From Octopus bimaculoides (Eukaryota): a stretch of 64,000 nt of DNA. The notes beneath the pieces were generated by a model. The model worked only from the letters and a program-made list of their open reading frames with translations, ran no database searches and was not told where the DNA came from. Below, in pieces: positions 1 to 11,999 of the stretch (its first letter is position 1; the number at the start of each line of letters is the position of its first letter). Position numbers and translations under genes: made by a program. Location of the stretch: assembly GCF_001194135.2 (NCBI RefSeq), contig NC_068994.1:55406219-55470218 (forward strand), in the 5' to 3' direction.

Positions 1-45
<45 letters not shown>

Positions 46-659
46 CATATATTGAAACGTAACATACATAAATAAATGTAATATAATATAGTGATAAATT
101 TAGAAAAAAGTTTATCAAAACCGAATGGCGAGATATAGTTTTATTAAAGAAAAAATTGAGAAAAAAGTTCCAAAATGCAACCCAAGATAATTAATCTACC
201 GTGTTTAAAAAGATACACGACAAAGTTATCTTTGGCAATATTATAATAAAATTAAATTCGGTACGGTGTACAGATCAGAATTGCAACCTTCCTGCTGGCT
301 TCTGTTCTGAGACAGATCAACGAATGAGATTAAAATGGTTGCCCTACATGCTAAAACTAGCAACAAAATCTCCCTCAAAATATATCTTAGCGTCTCTAAA
401 ATAAAGAAGACGCTTAACACTTTAGTTTAAAATAATATAAAGTATATACAGTATACAATATAAGATATCAGCTACCCGTCTTCTGATGCAACACAATCTA
501 GTAAAAGACTGAAAGATTCACAATAAGATGTTTAAACACGAAGCAAAACTAACGGAGAACAAAAGTTAGTTGTAAATTTAGGATGTTACCTGAGCATCGG
601 ATGTGAATGTCCTTCAAAAAATACCTATAATCTTTAAAAAATACCTGTTATCTTTAATC

Positions 660-810
660 TGTCAATTGTTTCCGTCATTTGATTGCAGCCGTGCTGGGTC
701 ACCGGCTTGATGAGTTTTAGCTGAATAAATCGAGTCCAGGATGTTTTCATGCAGGTACTAATCCTACCAGTCTCAGAACAAGCGGTTGTGAGAGACAAAC
801 ATTGAAACTG
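660..810 (-). mobile_element. Old 3-prime tail fragment of CORE-type SINE family A
   Basis: Diverged match to the tail module also seen at 12000-12154 and 42290-42460 (tttcagtcatttgactgcggccatgctgg-like). Confidence 0.5.
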
Positions 811-1049
811 AGAGGACGAAAATCTATGGCGACCCTCTTGTTGGGTGGTGGCCGAAATTCAAAGGTCCTGAATAGTGGCTGAAATTTAAAAAAAGAAATG
901 TCCGCGTGTCTGCGAGATACTCAACCATCTTACTCATTAATATAGAAATATAAAGCGAACAGGAGGTGGGGGAGCTTAATTGATCAACCAACTGAAATCT
1001 CGTTGGGCAACATCGACGGAGGATCGGAACTGATCTTGAGCTGCCAAAC

Positions 1050-1133
1050 ATCGTCGTCGTCGTCGTCGTCATCATGATCATCATCACCACCACCACCATC
1101 ATCATCATCACCATCATCACCATCATCATCATC

Positions 1134-1167
<34 letters not shown>

Positions 1168-1226
1168 TCACCATCATCACCATCATCACCATCATCATCA
1201 TCATCATCATCATCACCACCACCAAC

Positions 1227-1283
<57 letters not shown>

Positions 1284-1330
1284 AGCATCGTCGTCGTCGT
1301 CATCACCAACAACAACAAAAGCAACACTCG
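1050..1330. repeat. Compound trinucleotide microsatellite (CGT/CAT/CAC/CAG/CAA)n
   Basis: Directly visible; source of the poly-M/V/I/T ORFs. Confidence 0.95.
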
Positions 1331-1491
1331 ATAATGCCCAATCGTCACTTCAACACCAGAATGCCATTAACAATATCACCACCACCACAACCACCGCCGC
1401 CAATACCCTCAACCACAACAACAACAACAACAGCGACTCTCACCGATAGATGGCGTGGAAGAGGAGTGGGGATGGGGGTTGAGAGATCCGA

Positions 1492-1531
1492 CCAATTTAT
1501 CACGTCTTGTTCAGATGACGTCATGACGTCA
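1492..1531. promoter_or_regulatory. CCAAT box followed by two abutting perfect CRE sites (TGACGTCATGACGTCA)
   Basis: CCAAT at 1492-1496; TGACGTCA at 1516-1523 and 1524-1531. Motifs are seen directly; function is not shown. Confidence 0.35.
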
Positions 1532-1854
1532 CAAACGCAGCGATGTCTGCAGACAATAGCTTTCACTGGATCCGTCATTGTTGCCATGCAAGTGAGACTG
1601 GCGCAGCACAAAAACAACAACAAATGCAGCCGGTGATGTTGCTGCAATCTGCTGACGTAGTAGTAGTAGTAGTAGTAGTTGTTGTTGTTGTTATTGTTGT
1701 TATTGTTGCTGCTGCTATTGCTGTCTTGTCAACGCAGTTTAGGTCATTTGTCAGCGTTAAGGCAACATAAATTGGATTGTCACCAACAGCCCAAAATGGG
1801 CGTGATAACGAAACAACAACAGTAACAGCAACAAACTGCACCGATGCCATCACC

Positions 1855-2310
1855 ACTAGCATCACCACCCCACTCCCACCATCACCCCCACCACCATGAC
1901 CACCACCACCACCACCACCACTATCATTGCCCATATCGCCGCTACCACCAACACCACTGCCACCACCACCATCACCACCATCTTTACCACCACCACTATC
2001 TTTACCACCACCACCAGCACCACCACCAGCACCCCCACCAGCGCCGCCGCTACCACTACCAACACCACCACCATNNNNNNNNNNCACCACCAGCACCCCC
2101 ACCAGCGCCGCCGCTACCACTACCAACACCACCACCATTATCACACCCACCATCACCACCCCACCACCATCATTACCATGACCATCACCATTATCACCAC
2201 CACCACCACCGTCACAAAGACTGACACCGCTACTACCACCAACGCGACGACGACCACCACCACAACCACCATCACTACCACCATGACTACCACCACGACT
2301 ACCACCAATA
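1855..2310. repeat. Degenerate (CAC/CCA/TAC)n trinucleotide array with a 10-N gap
   Basis: Directly visible. Confidence 0.95.
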
Positions 2311-3109
2311 GTCTGTCTCAGACAGCACCTGCTAAACAACAGCATCAAATATAGATACGTAGACTTATTGCTGAAAAGCGAAGCCAACACCATCCTACGC
2401 ATCGGCAGTGATCCTCTCGAGAAGCACTCTCTTCTGGATGACCTCCCATTCGACTGCAACACAATCCGACTAACATACCTTAACGAAAACCTGGATGTGA
2501 AATGATCAGCATAGTTAAAAAAAAACACATAGATTATGCATGGGTGTGTTTCCCGAAGACTTTAAAAAGACAATAATATCGATATGAAATGCAGTTTTTC
2601 TTGAACTCGTGACCGCTATATCACTTCACACTTCGTAGGCTGTGAATTTGCGATCGAAGAACATGAAATTGCTATGAAACACCTAACAAACAAAAGAGAG
2701 ATAGTAAAGTCCTTGGAGCGCCTAGATGCAACTGAGAATGTAGACGATGTCATATTTCTGTGGAAGACCTCACACATGAGATTAGCAGCTGCCTAAGACA
2801 TGTCATATAAAATGCGGTGCGAAAAAAGACTATCCTGGAATAAGAAAAAAAAAAAAAAAATTCTCTGTTATTAAATATATACACAGACATAAACACAAGG
2901 AATACTGGTGGAATATTTCCATCGAACAATCTGTCATGTATAAACCTAGCAGACCAGATATTGTTACTTGGGACGGGCGAAATAAAGTATGTACCATCAT
3001 AAATGTTAGCTGCCCTGCTGGTGTAAGTATCTCTGAAAATCAAGAAGGAGGAGAAATATGGACAACTGCTACGAAACCTCCAGGTTATAAATTCACATTT
3101 CTACCAATA

Positions 3110-3596
3110 CAGTAATCACTTGCCATATCGCGGTTCACCAGTCGCACCCTCAGTACATCGCAGATTTTTCTGGCTAATGTATATGTAAATTTATATCGCG
3201 GTCTCCTCAGTATATCGCGGGTTTCTGCGGCCGATAGCTATTTATATCCTTTTAGATTTAAATTATTTCTGTAGTAAAATAAGCATTTTTCACGCCTAAA
3301 AATTAATAAATTAATAAGTAAAAATACAGTACTGCACTGTATAACACATTAATTAAAATATATTAAAAGAAAATACGTAGTGTACCGTAGATGAGTAAAT
3401 AAAGAATCGCACATACTGTATGAAAAACTAAAGCCGGGAGACGAGTGTGTGGTGTTGTTTCGCTCCAGCATGGCCGCAGTCAAATGACTGAAACAAATAA
3501 AAGAATACAGTACAGTGCTGTTTCTACTTCGTGGATTTTCATCTATCGCGGGTAGGAGTTTGGAACTTAACACCCGCGATAGTCGAGGGATTACTG
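3110..3596. mobile_element. Tc1/mariner (pogo/Tigger-like) MITE, about 487 bp
   Basis: Imperfect TIRs CAGTAATCACTTGCCATATCGCGG and CCGCGATAGTCGAGGGATTACTG. TA at 3108-3109 on the left, TT on the right (degraded TA TSD). Repeated subterminal TATCGCGG motifs. Confidence 0.85.
3462..3505 (+). mobile_element. 3-prime tip of SINE family A inserted inside the MITE
   Basis: GCTCCAGCATGGCCGCAGTCAAATGACTGAAACAAATAAAAGAA matches the reverse complement of the tails at about 12000-12035 and 42290-42325. Confidence 0.7.
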
Positions 3597-4479
3597 TTAT
3601 AATTGGTGCACATGGCTTTATGAGTAAATGCCTAAATCATAGTTTGGATATTCAATAAAACGGTAGTTCCGATGATCAAATAACTCGAATCGTTTAATGT
3701 CGTAACCGATGGGACATAAATTCACAGTCATTTAATTTCATATCAAGAAATTAAATAAATAAATTATCTCATTAGATAAATAAATTAGGGTTAACATATT
3801 TATTAAAGAGAGTATTGTGAGGTTAACAAGATTAAATATGATACAAGGAAGTATCTATAATATTACTTATTAATTAGCTTTCCTTAATTATTTCGCTAAG
3901 TACGGAAGGTAAATCGGGTATGTTTTATTCGTATTTCAACCTCATTAGCGAAGCGTAGAGTTCTTTGTACTTGAAATTCGCTTGAACATTTGGGAAATTA
4001 CTAAGTACAATTATTTTATGTAAAAAGACTTGAGATACAGAAGACACAATATATGATATTAATATATGTTTGAATAACTTTACTGAGTTATAAGATGATC
4101 GTTTTTTGGATTATTATCTTCATCTTTATAGCATATATTTATAATATCTATATCTATGCCTGCACTTCTTTTGATAGGATCGATCCCTGATCGTCACCTG
4201 GTTATGCACTTAGTGATGTCGTTACCCATAAAGCCATTGGCGCCTGTTCATCATTATTCATACTTTAATAAAAAGATGATATGATCGCCGTATCTGTCGG
4301 TAATAGGTTAGCTTCACCAGGCCGCTTCTAGTGTTGAACGACAGCAACAACAACTAAAATAACAAAAATAACAACATACCCGGGAATGGACAAATATATT
4401 GATTTTTAACAAAAAACATAGACCACCACCCTCACTTCGCACACGTTTCCTCCGTCAAATGCTGTGGCCTTCTGCCAAA

Positions 4480-4615
4480 TGGTCCTCATTTTATTGATTC
4501 TGAAAAGATGAAAGGGACGAAAAAAAGTTTTCAAAAATCAAAATTGACTCCGTATGGGAATTGATCTCAAAATGTAAACAGACTTAACCAAACACCGCTT
4601 GGTACTTTGCCCGTC
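4480..4615 (-). mobile_element. Ancient copy of the abundant tRNA-derived SINE (called family M here)
   Basis: Diverged match to the reverse complement of the family M body (ttttattgattctgaaaagatgaaagg ... gggaattgatctcaaaatgtaaa). Confidence 0.4.
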
Positions 4616-5761
4616 CCTTTCAATCAATATAGCAATCCATGGAACGTTGAAAGAAAAAAAAAGTCAAATATATTAAACTGTAAAATGAAACCCAAAGCAG
4701 TAATAAAACTGCAGCACTTTTAAAATTTATTGGTTTACATTTAAATCTATGAACGTGATAAAATTTTCGTCGTACTAATCAGCTAANNNNNNNNNNNNNN
4801 NNNNNNNNNNNNNNNNNNNNNNNNNNNNNNNNNNNNNNNNNNNNNNNNNNNNNNNNNNNNNNNNNNNNNNNNNNNNNNNNNNNNNNNNNNNNNNNNNNNN
4901 NNNNNNNNNNNNNNNNNNNNNNNNNNNNNNNNNNNNNNNNNNNNNNNNNNNNNNNNNNNNNNNNNNNNNNNNNNNNNNNNNNNNNNNNNNNNNNNNNNNN
5001 NNNNNNNNNNNNNNNNNNNNNNNNNNNNNNNNNNNNNNNNNNNNNNNNNNNNNNNNNNNNNNNNNNNNNNNNNNNNNNNNNNNNNNNNNNNNNNNNNNNN
5101 NNNNNNNNNNNNNNNNNNNNNNNNNNNNNNNNNNNNNNNNNNNNNNNNNNNNNNNNNNNNNNNNNNNNNNNNNNNNNNNNNNNNNNNNNNNNNNNNNNNN
5201 NNNNNNNNNNNNNNNNNNNNNNNNNNNNNNNNNNNNNNNNNNNNNNNNNNNNNNNNNNNNNNNNNNNNNNNNNNNNNNNNNNNNNNNNNNNNNNNNNNNN
5301 NNNNNNNNNNNNNNNNNNNNNNNNNNNNNNNNNNNNNNNNNNNNNNNNNNNNNNNNNNNNNNNNNNNNNNNNNNNNNNNNNNNNNNNNNNNNNNNNNNNN
5401 NNNNNNNNNNNNNNNNNNNNNNNNNNNNNNNNNNNNNNNNNNNNNNNNNNNNNNNNNNNNNNNNNNNNNNNNNNNNNNNNNNNNNNNNNNNNNNNNNNNN
5501 NNNNNNNNNNNNNNNNNNNNNNNNNNNNNNNNNNNNNNNNNNNNNNNNNNNNNNNNNNNNNNNNNNNNNNNNNNNNNNNNNNNNNNNNNNNNNNNNNNNN
5601 NNNNNNNNNNNNNNNNNNNNNNNNNNNNNNNNNNNNNNNNNNNNNNNNNNNNNNNNNNNNNNNNNNNNNNNNNNNNNNNNNNNNNNNNNNNNNNNNNNNN
5701 NNNNNNNNNNNNNNNNNNNNNNNNNNNNNNNNNNNNNNNNNTGTTTAAGAGTACAACACAA

Positions 5762-5836
5762 CACCAGCTCCAGGAATTGAAACCGCGATTTCAGGATCGT
5801 GAGGACAGCATCCTAACCACTAGACCGAGTGGGTAA
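5762..5836 (-). mobile_element. tRNA-like SINE head
   Basis: Minus strand shows A-box-like GGTCTAGTGGTTAGG and B-box-like GGTTTCAATTCC; no full cloverleaf. Confidence 0.6.
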
Positions 5837-5872
5837 ACTAGGAAAGAAAGTAAAGAAAGGCAGCGGAGACCA

Positions 5873-5926
<54 letters not shown>

Positions 5927-6094
5927 AGAAGAGCATCAGGCTTCAGTTTGTTGAGCATCGGTCACTGCTCTCGGAATGGAGGGGAGAGGTCACATTGTAT
6001 TGTCCTGGAAACAAGCGGGTGAACACTCTGTACCTTAACGGTAATAATCAGTGGCACCTTTTGATCGTCATGTGATGAGGTAGAATCACAAACG

Positions 6095-6260
6095 GAAGTG
6101 GCTGCATGGTAAGAAGTGGCTGTGTGGTAAGAAGTGGCTGTTTGATAAGAAGCTTGCTTCCCAACCACATGGTTCCGGGTTCAATGTCTTCTACTATAGT
6201 CTTGGGCCGATCGAAGCCTTGTGAATGGATTTGGTAGGTGGATAGTAAACTAAGAGATAG
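6095..6260 (+). mobile_element. CORE-type SINE family A with triplicated A-box head and internal deletion
   Basis: Three 18-nt units GAAGTGGCTGTGTGGTAA-like at 6095-6148, then cttgcttcccaaccacatggttccgggttca and tgtcttctactatag...ggatttggtag. Confidence 0.85.
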
Positions 6261-6721
6261 AAGATTTGGTAGATTGAAAGACAGAAGATAAAAAGAAAAT
6301 AAAACGAAAGAATCAGAACCAACAGAAAAGAACAAAATACACGGAAGGAAGAACAAACTCCACAAGGATACACACAAGCACACACACACGTAAACACACA
6401 TACACGTAAACACACACACACGTAAACACACACACACACAAAACAATGTTTAATCCCCTCTTTAGAGTAATGGTGGAGACGAAGGGAAAGAGAAGAACTG
6501 AAATTCGTTGTCCTTTGAAGATCAAACTGACAGCTAAGATCAAAAATCTGTGATGCCACGGATGTTTCAGTGATGTAGAAGCAAACGAGATGCAGTGGGC
6601 ATTGACATAAAGGAGAAACGCAGGGGGGGGGGGACAGATTGTTGATAAAAAACAAGACAAAACCATTAAAACGAATTGAAACATTCTAATCCTGAACATC
6701 TAAATGTTTGTTTTACCCCGA

Positions 6722-6756
<35 letters not shown>

Positions 6757-7074
6757 TCAGCGGATTTATTTGCGAGCGCGAGAGACCAGCATGAGTGATC
6801 ACTGGCAGGTAGGAAGGAACATGGAGGGCTCTGACTCGACCTAGCCAATAGTTTTCTCCGTCCTATATGAACGAAGATCCTCAAATATTTTTCATGTTCT
6901 ATTTTTAATTATATCTTGTTTTAATTATTGCATTTATTGTGTTCTTTAATTTACTCGATTTATGAAATGTTATTATTATTTTTGTTTGTTTATTTTTCCG
7001 TACAAGAAGATTTATAAAATTCGAATGACCACTCCATTATCTGTGCATGGAAAAAAATGTTTATAAGCAATCAA

Positions 7075-7271
7075 CTCTTTAGCATTCAGATTACACTGTC
7101 AAACGCAGTGCTTATTTATATTCACATTGTTCGGAATTAACAATCATACATTGTTATAGCTTCGAGATTTCAATGGTTTGATTGTTTATTTCTAAAATAA
7201 CATTGTAGATTAGGTGTAAGAGGCTGGATCTGGCCGTTTTGAACGTAAAACTGGTAGAATATTCTGACCGG
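7075..7271 (+). mobile_element. Probable left part of a piggyBac-type MITE, cut by a SINE
   Basis: Begins TCAA|CTCTTTAGCATT, resembling TTAA|CCC piggyBac ends. No right TIR found. Family assignment is from memory. Confidence 0.35.
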
Positions 7272-7455
7272 AAGGCAGCGAGCTGGCAGAAACGTTAGTA
7301 CGCCGGGCGAAATGCTTAGTGGTATTTCGTCTGCTGCTACGTTCTGAGTTCAAATTCCACCGAGGTCGACTTTGCCTTTCATCCTTTCGGGGTCGATAAA
7401 TTAAGTACCAGTTGCGTACTGGGGTCGATCTAATCGACTAGCGCCCTCCCCCAAA
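7272..7455 (+). mobile_element. SINE family M, near full length
   Basis: aaggcagcgagctggcagaa head; B-box-like gagttcaaattcc; central gtcgactttgcctttcatcctttcggggtcgataaattaagtaccag. Confidence 0.95.
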
Positions 7456-7574
7456 ACGCTTCTGCCAGCTCACCGCCTTAATTTTGAAATTAAAATAACA
7501 ACAACTACTCATTGTTTACGAGCGCCACGAGTCAGAAAGAAACATTGTACATGGCTTAACTCAATGACAAAAGG

Positions 7575-8165
7575 AAGTTCGTTTGATTGAATCTTCTCTT
7601 CACCCAAAGTGTATGACCTGTGCCAAAGTAAGAACATGTAAAAGAGTGACTGTACAATATGTTTTGCGAGATTTAGTTACGCCCCTGTGTGTTCCGTGTT
7701 CAGATCCTACCGAAATCAGCTTTGCTTTTCAATCTTCTGAGGTTGGTAATATAAAGTGCTAGTGAAGTACAAAGGTCGATCTAACCTATTATATTTTCTC
7801 CTCTATATGTACGATCTTGCGCTGAAGTGAGAAATCAATATTTAATAACATCTCTTTACGGTTTGGCTTCAAATTCCGTAGGAATCAATTTTGCCTTTCA
7901 TTTTCGGAGCCGATGAAGCAAAGTAACTGTCTAGCATTAGGCTATATGCAATGAACTCTGCCGCTGGCAAAAACGTAAACACGCCGGCCAAAATGCTTAG
8001 CGGCATTTCGTCCACCATCTTTACGTTTTGAGTTCAAATTCCGCCGAGGTTGACTTTGCCTTTCATCCTTTCGAGGTCGATAAAATAAGTACTAGTAGAG
8101 TACTGGGGTCGATGCAATCGACTTATCCACTACCCCGAAATTGCTGGCCCTGTGCTAAAATTTAA
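7575..8165 (+). mobile_element. Cluster of 3-4 further family M copies of mixed age
   Basis: Old 3-prime end at about 7575-7640; old copy at about 7660-7835; partial copy at about 7855-7940; well-preserved copy at about 7960-8165. Confidence 0.8.
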
Positions 8166-8265
8166 AATCTCCCTCCTCNNNNNNNNNNNNNNNNNNNNNN
8201 NNNNNNNNNCTCCTCCTTCTTCTTCTTCTTCTTCTTCTTCTTCTTCTTCTTCTTCTTCTTCTTCC

Positions 8266-8318
<53 letters not shown>

Positions 8319-8943
8319 AGTATGTTGTCAACTTAATGTGACAGTCCCATTAGGTAGTCGGAGTAACCAGAATGTGTGGGGGTTCCTCGGTTGTCCTTGT
8401 GAGGAACTGGCTACCTTTTGGGGGAAACTTTTATTGTTTATTGTTGTATTTAGGGATGGCCATGTTGCCAGTTTAGCCAATATCTGTTTCAACACACGGT
8501 TTCACATCAAGAATCTTGAAAAACGAATATATAAACGTAATTTTATTGTTTAATTTTCTTGTTAATTGTCATTGTTATTCTATTGTTTACTCGATTTTTG
8601 ATTTAAACCCCACGTGACCCTGGTTTTGTATTATAGTCGCTGTTTGTTTTATGTTCGGCCCATGTGACCACTACAGAAACGATCATCACCATCATCATCT
8701 CCATCGTCGTCGTCGTCCTCGTCCTCGTCGTCGTCATCGTTACTGCTACTGTATATTGGCAATTATCATGAAATACATTCCGTTTTGTTTTAGATCCTAT
8801 CCCTCTGTTTCATTCGCATGCATTACTTTCATAATTTCTTAGTAAAATATCCTTTTTATATTTGCTTAATAACTTTTATGTTCTAATCCGCCGTCCTTCT
8901 TACCCAGAAGGCTTCCTTTGTTTCTAGAGTTTATTTGTACCCA

Positions 8944-9025
<82 letters not shown>

Positions 9026-9643
9026 GTATATATTTTGTTTAATGCTTTCAATGCTGTGAAGCATAAACTAGGCGGTTTACATCAGTTTTAATTCATTTTC
9101 TTACATTAATATCATATTTTATAGCATCATTAATTAGTTTTCGAGTTTTATTTCCCTTATTATTGAATAGAATCACGCTTATTTGTAATCCATCTTTAGT
9201 TTCTATTCTTTTTTAATTATCAAAGTTATATTTAAATATTTTCAGTCATAAAATTTCTATTTTATTGTATCGGCTCTTTCTTAATATTACAATCATGTTC
9301 TCTCTTCTCTTTTTTTCTTTATTATTATTTTTTTTTAAATATTTCTTAATCAAATTAATTTGTTAGGGTTATGGGGGAAAGTTGATGCGGTTTGTTTTCT
9401 TAATTCCGTCATATTGTCTTGTTTAATTGCAATATGTCAGCTGCTAAATTGCAGAAGAGAATCTCGTCAAATCCCTGTGTGATCTGAGTTCGAAATCGGC
9501 CGGCATTAAATTTTCTTTTTAGCCATCCGGGGAGAGGGATGTGATAAAGTTCGCGCTGAAGTATGGAACGTGCAAAGAACCAGCCTTCTAGAAAAATCTA
9601 GTCTTGTATCGATGTAAAAATAATCATTATTTATTCGTCTTCT

Positions 9644-9856
9644 AAGGCGGCAATCTGGTAGAATTGTTAATAGGCCGGGTAAAATGCTTAGTGACATTTC
9701 GTCTGTCTTTATGTTCTGAGCTCATATTCCACCTAGGCCGGTTTTGCCTTTCATCCTTTCGGGGTCGATAAAATAAGTACCAACTGAATACTAGGGTTGA
9801 TGTAATCGACTTGTTCTTTCTCCCAAATTTCAGGCCTTGTACCAATAATAGAAAGG
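9644..9856 (+). mobile_element. SINE family M
   Basis: Same head, central domain and tail as 7272-7455 and 39380-39592. Confidence 0.95.
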
Positions 9857-10023
9857 ATGAGTAGAAGTCCATGCAGGATACTGGCTTGGTGAGATGTTCA
9901 TTACGATTTTGGGGATCTTGCTGTGGTATACCGATTTAGTAGTCGTCCTCACCGTTACCAATCAGAAGTGAATATTGACGCGTATCATAGAATTGGTGCA
10001 TTTCACTAAAGAAAAAGGATATT

Positions 10024-10075
10024 CTTCCCAATCACACGGTTCCGGGTACAGTCCCACTGCATGGCACCTTGGGCA
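10024..10075 (+). mobile_element. SINE family A fragment (B-box plus CORE start)
   Basis: cttcccaatcacacggttccgggtacagtcccactgcatggcaccttgggcaa matches the copy at 12980-13040. Confidence 0.8.
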
Positions 10076-10792
10076 AACACTGGAGTTTAAAGGACCTGTT
10101 GCTGTACACCTATTACAGTATTAAAAAATTTTTTTTTGCTCGGGTCAAACACTAGAGTTTAAAGGTCATGGTCTGACGAAGTGAATTTTCCGAATCCTCT
10201 CCCCAACGCCCCTGTTCGCGAGTGCGCATTTTTTTCATATTCGTTTACCACATGTTGTTGTACAACTATTAGACTATTTTTTATTTTCTTTTCTTTTTGC
10301 TCGGGTCTAACTCTTTAGTTTGACCCGGGAATCAATATAATCGACTTCTCTGTTACCTGAAATTGCTAACCTTGTGCCAAAATTTGAAACTCACCGTCTC
10401 GTGTGTCTCTGCTCTTGTTTGTATTGACAAAAGTAAACCATTCTTACCAAAACTACGGTACCAGACCTGTGGAAGAAACGCACGTATACTTTTTCTGTCT
10501 CTGTCTCTCTCTCTCTCTCTCTATGTTTCTCTGTTTCTTCCACAGACTCTTATATTTGGATATAATGACGCAATATTAGAATGAAATTGAGATATCTCTA
10601 TCTAAAACTTTTCGTTAAGTAGGTGGTGAAAAAAAATATACATATCTCTAACTACAGAAGTAAATTGCCAGAAATTTTTCAAGAAGAATCAGTTCAACCA
10701 AAGAGAAAAGAATGTAGTGACGGTCACATGATGTAGATAGTAACATACGCACATACACAAAAAATATATAAGCACATGAGCATATATGTACG

Positions 10793-10824
<32 letters not shown>

Positions 10825-11260
10825 CGTGTAAATAGATGTATATGTTATTTATATGTATGCAGACACACACAGATATATGTATANNNNNNNNNNNNNNNNN
10901 NNNNNNNNNNNNNNNNNNNNNNNNNNNNNNNNNNNNNNNNNNNNNNNNNNNNNNNNNNNNNNNNNNNNNNNNNNNNNNNNNNNNNNNNNNNNNNNNNNNN
11001 NNNNNNNNNNNNNNNNNNNNNNNNNNNNNNNNNNNNNNNNNNNNNNNNNNNNNNNNNNNNNNNNNNNNNNNNNNNNNNNNNNNNNNNGTATATATATATA
11101 TATATATACATACATACGCACATATATGCACACAGTGACATGAATGTAGTTATAGATAAGTGATTATTACCAGCTATTACCAAATACATTGATAAGTTGA
11201 CAAAGAGAAAAACATTGAGCAATTTATAGACGTAGAAAATAGGAATACGGAGATAAACAC

Positions 11261-11320
<60 letters not shown>

Positions 11321-11528
11321 ATCATACAACCATGCATACATACAATGATGTGTGTGTGTGTGTGGATATGTGTTTTGTGTATTAATGGCAGAATGGCAGA
11401 GAGATATAGCTAGATGGCATGATGCAAAGTCACCTTCATAGAAAGATGGTAGTTTGTTAGACCGATAGTTTCAGTAAAGGTGAGAGAGGAGCGAGAAGAG
11501 AAAGAGAAAGATAGATAGATAGATAGAT

Positions 11529-11592
<64 letters not shown>

Positions 11593-11999
11593 ACAAAGTA
11601 AAGAGGAAAGGGTAATGAGGCGGAATTGAGTGGAGAGGGGAGAGTTAAAAAGAAGATTCAGTCTCTAATTGCATGTATCGAGAAACGAAATGTTTTCTTT
11701 TAGTTGGATGAATAAAATAATAGAAAAGCTTCAGCAATTATTTTGTTTACTTATATAAGTACTTGCAAACACGCATACATACAAAACTAAGCATCATCGC
11801 TCACTCTCTCACTCTCTCTCTCACTCTCTCACTCTCTCTCTCACTCTCTCACTCACTATCTCACTCACTCCTTCACTCACTCACTCTCTCACTCACTCTC
11901 TCACTCACTCTCTCACTCACTCGCTCTCTCACTTACTCAAACACACACAAATAGAAATGTATTTTTATATGTTTTTTTCCTTTCATCATTTCTTTTATT

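Larger units (their letters stand above)
2345..3740 (+). mobile_element. Decayed 3-prime part of an RLE-clade (R4/NeSL-like) non-LTR retrotransposon, interrupted by a MITE
   Basis: CCHC knuckle CRRCHISVEDLTHEISSC at 2739-2792 (C-x2-C-x8-H-x4-C). RLE motif RPDIVTWD...CTIINVSCP from 2951. After a frameshift KKEEKYGQLLRNLQV, then YKFTFLPI, resuming as IIGAHG at 3599 after the MITE. Many stops and frameshifts. Confidence 0.85.

Noticed and set aside
2021-2138. 54-bp direct duplication around a 10-N gap (similar case at about 48790-48920)
   Set aside because: Identical sequence either side of a minimal placeholder gap indicates an unmerged contig overlap, not biology.
824-2528. Long His/Thr/Pro/Gly/Met-rich ORFs
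   Set aside because: Produced by stop-free trinucleotide arrays on both strands; no domain content.
5762-5836. tRNA gene
   Set aside because: A and B boxes are present, but the acceptor and anticodon stems do not pair; SINE head.
8353-8415. HDV-like ribozyme (GGTAGTC/GGCTACC stem, TCCTCG motif)
   Set aside because: Could not place P3/L3, P1.1 and J4/2 in the required order; only nested stems.
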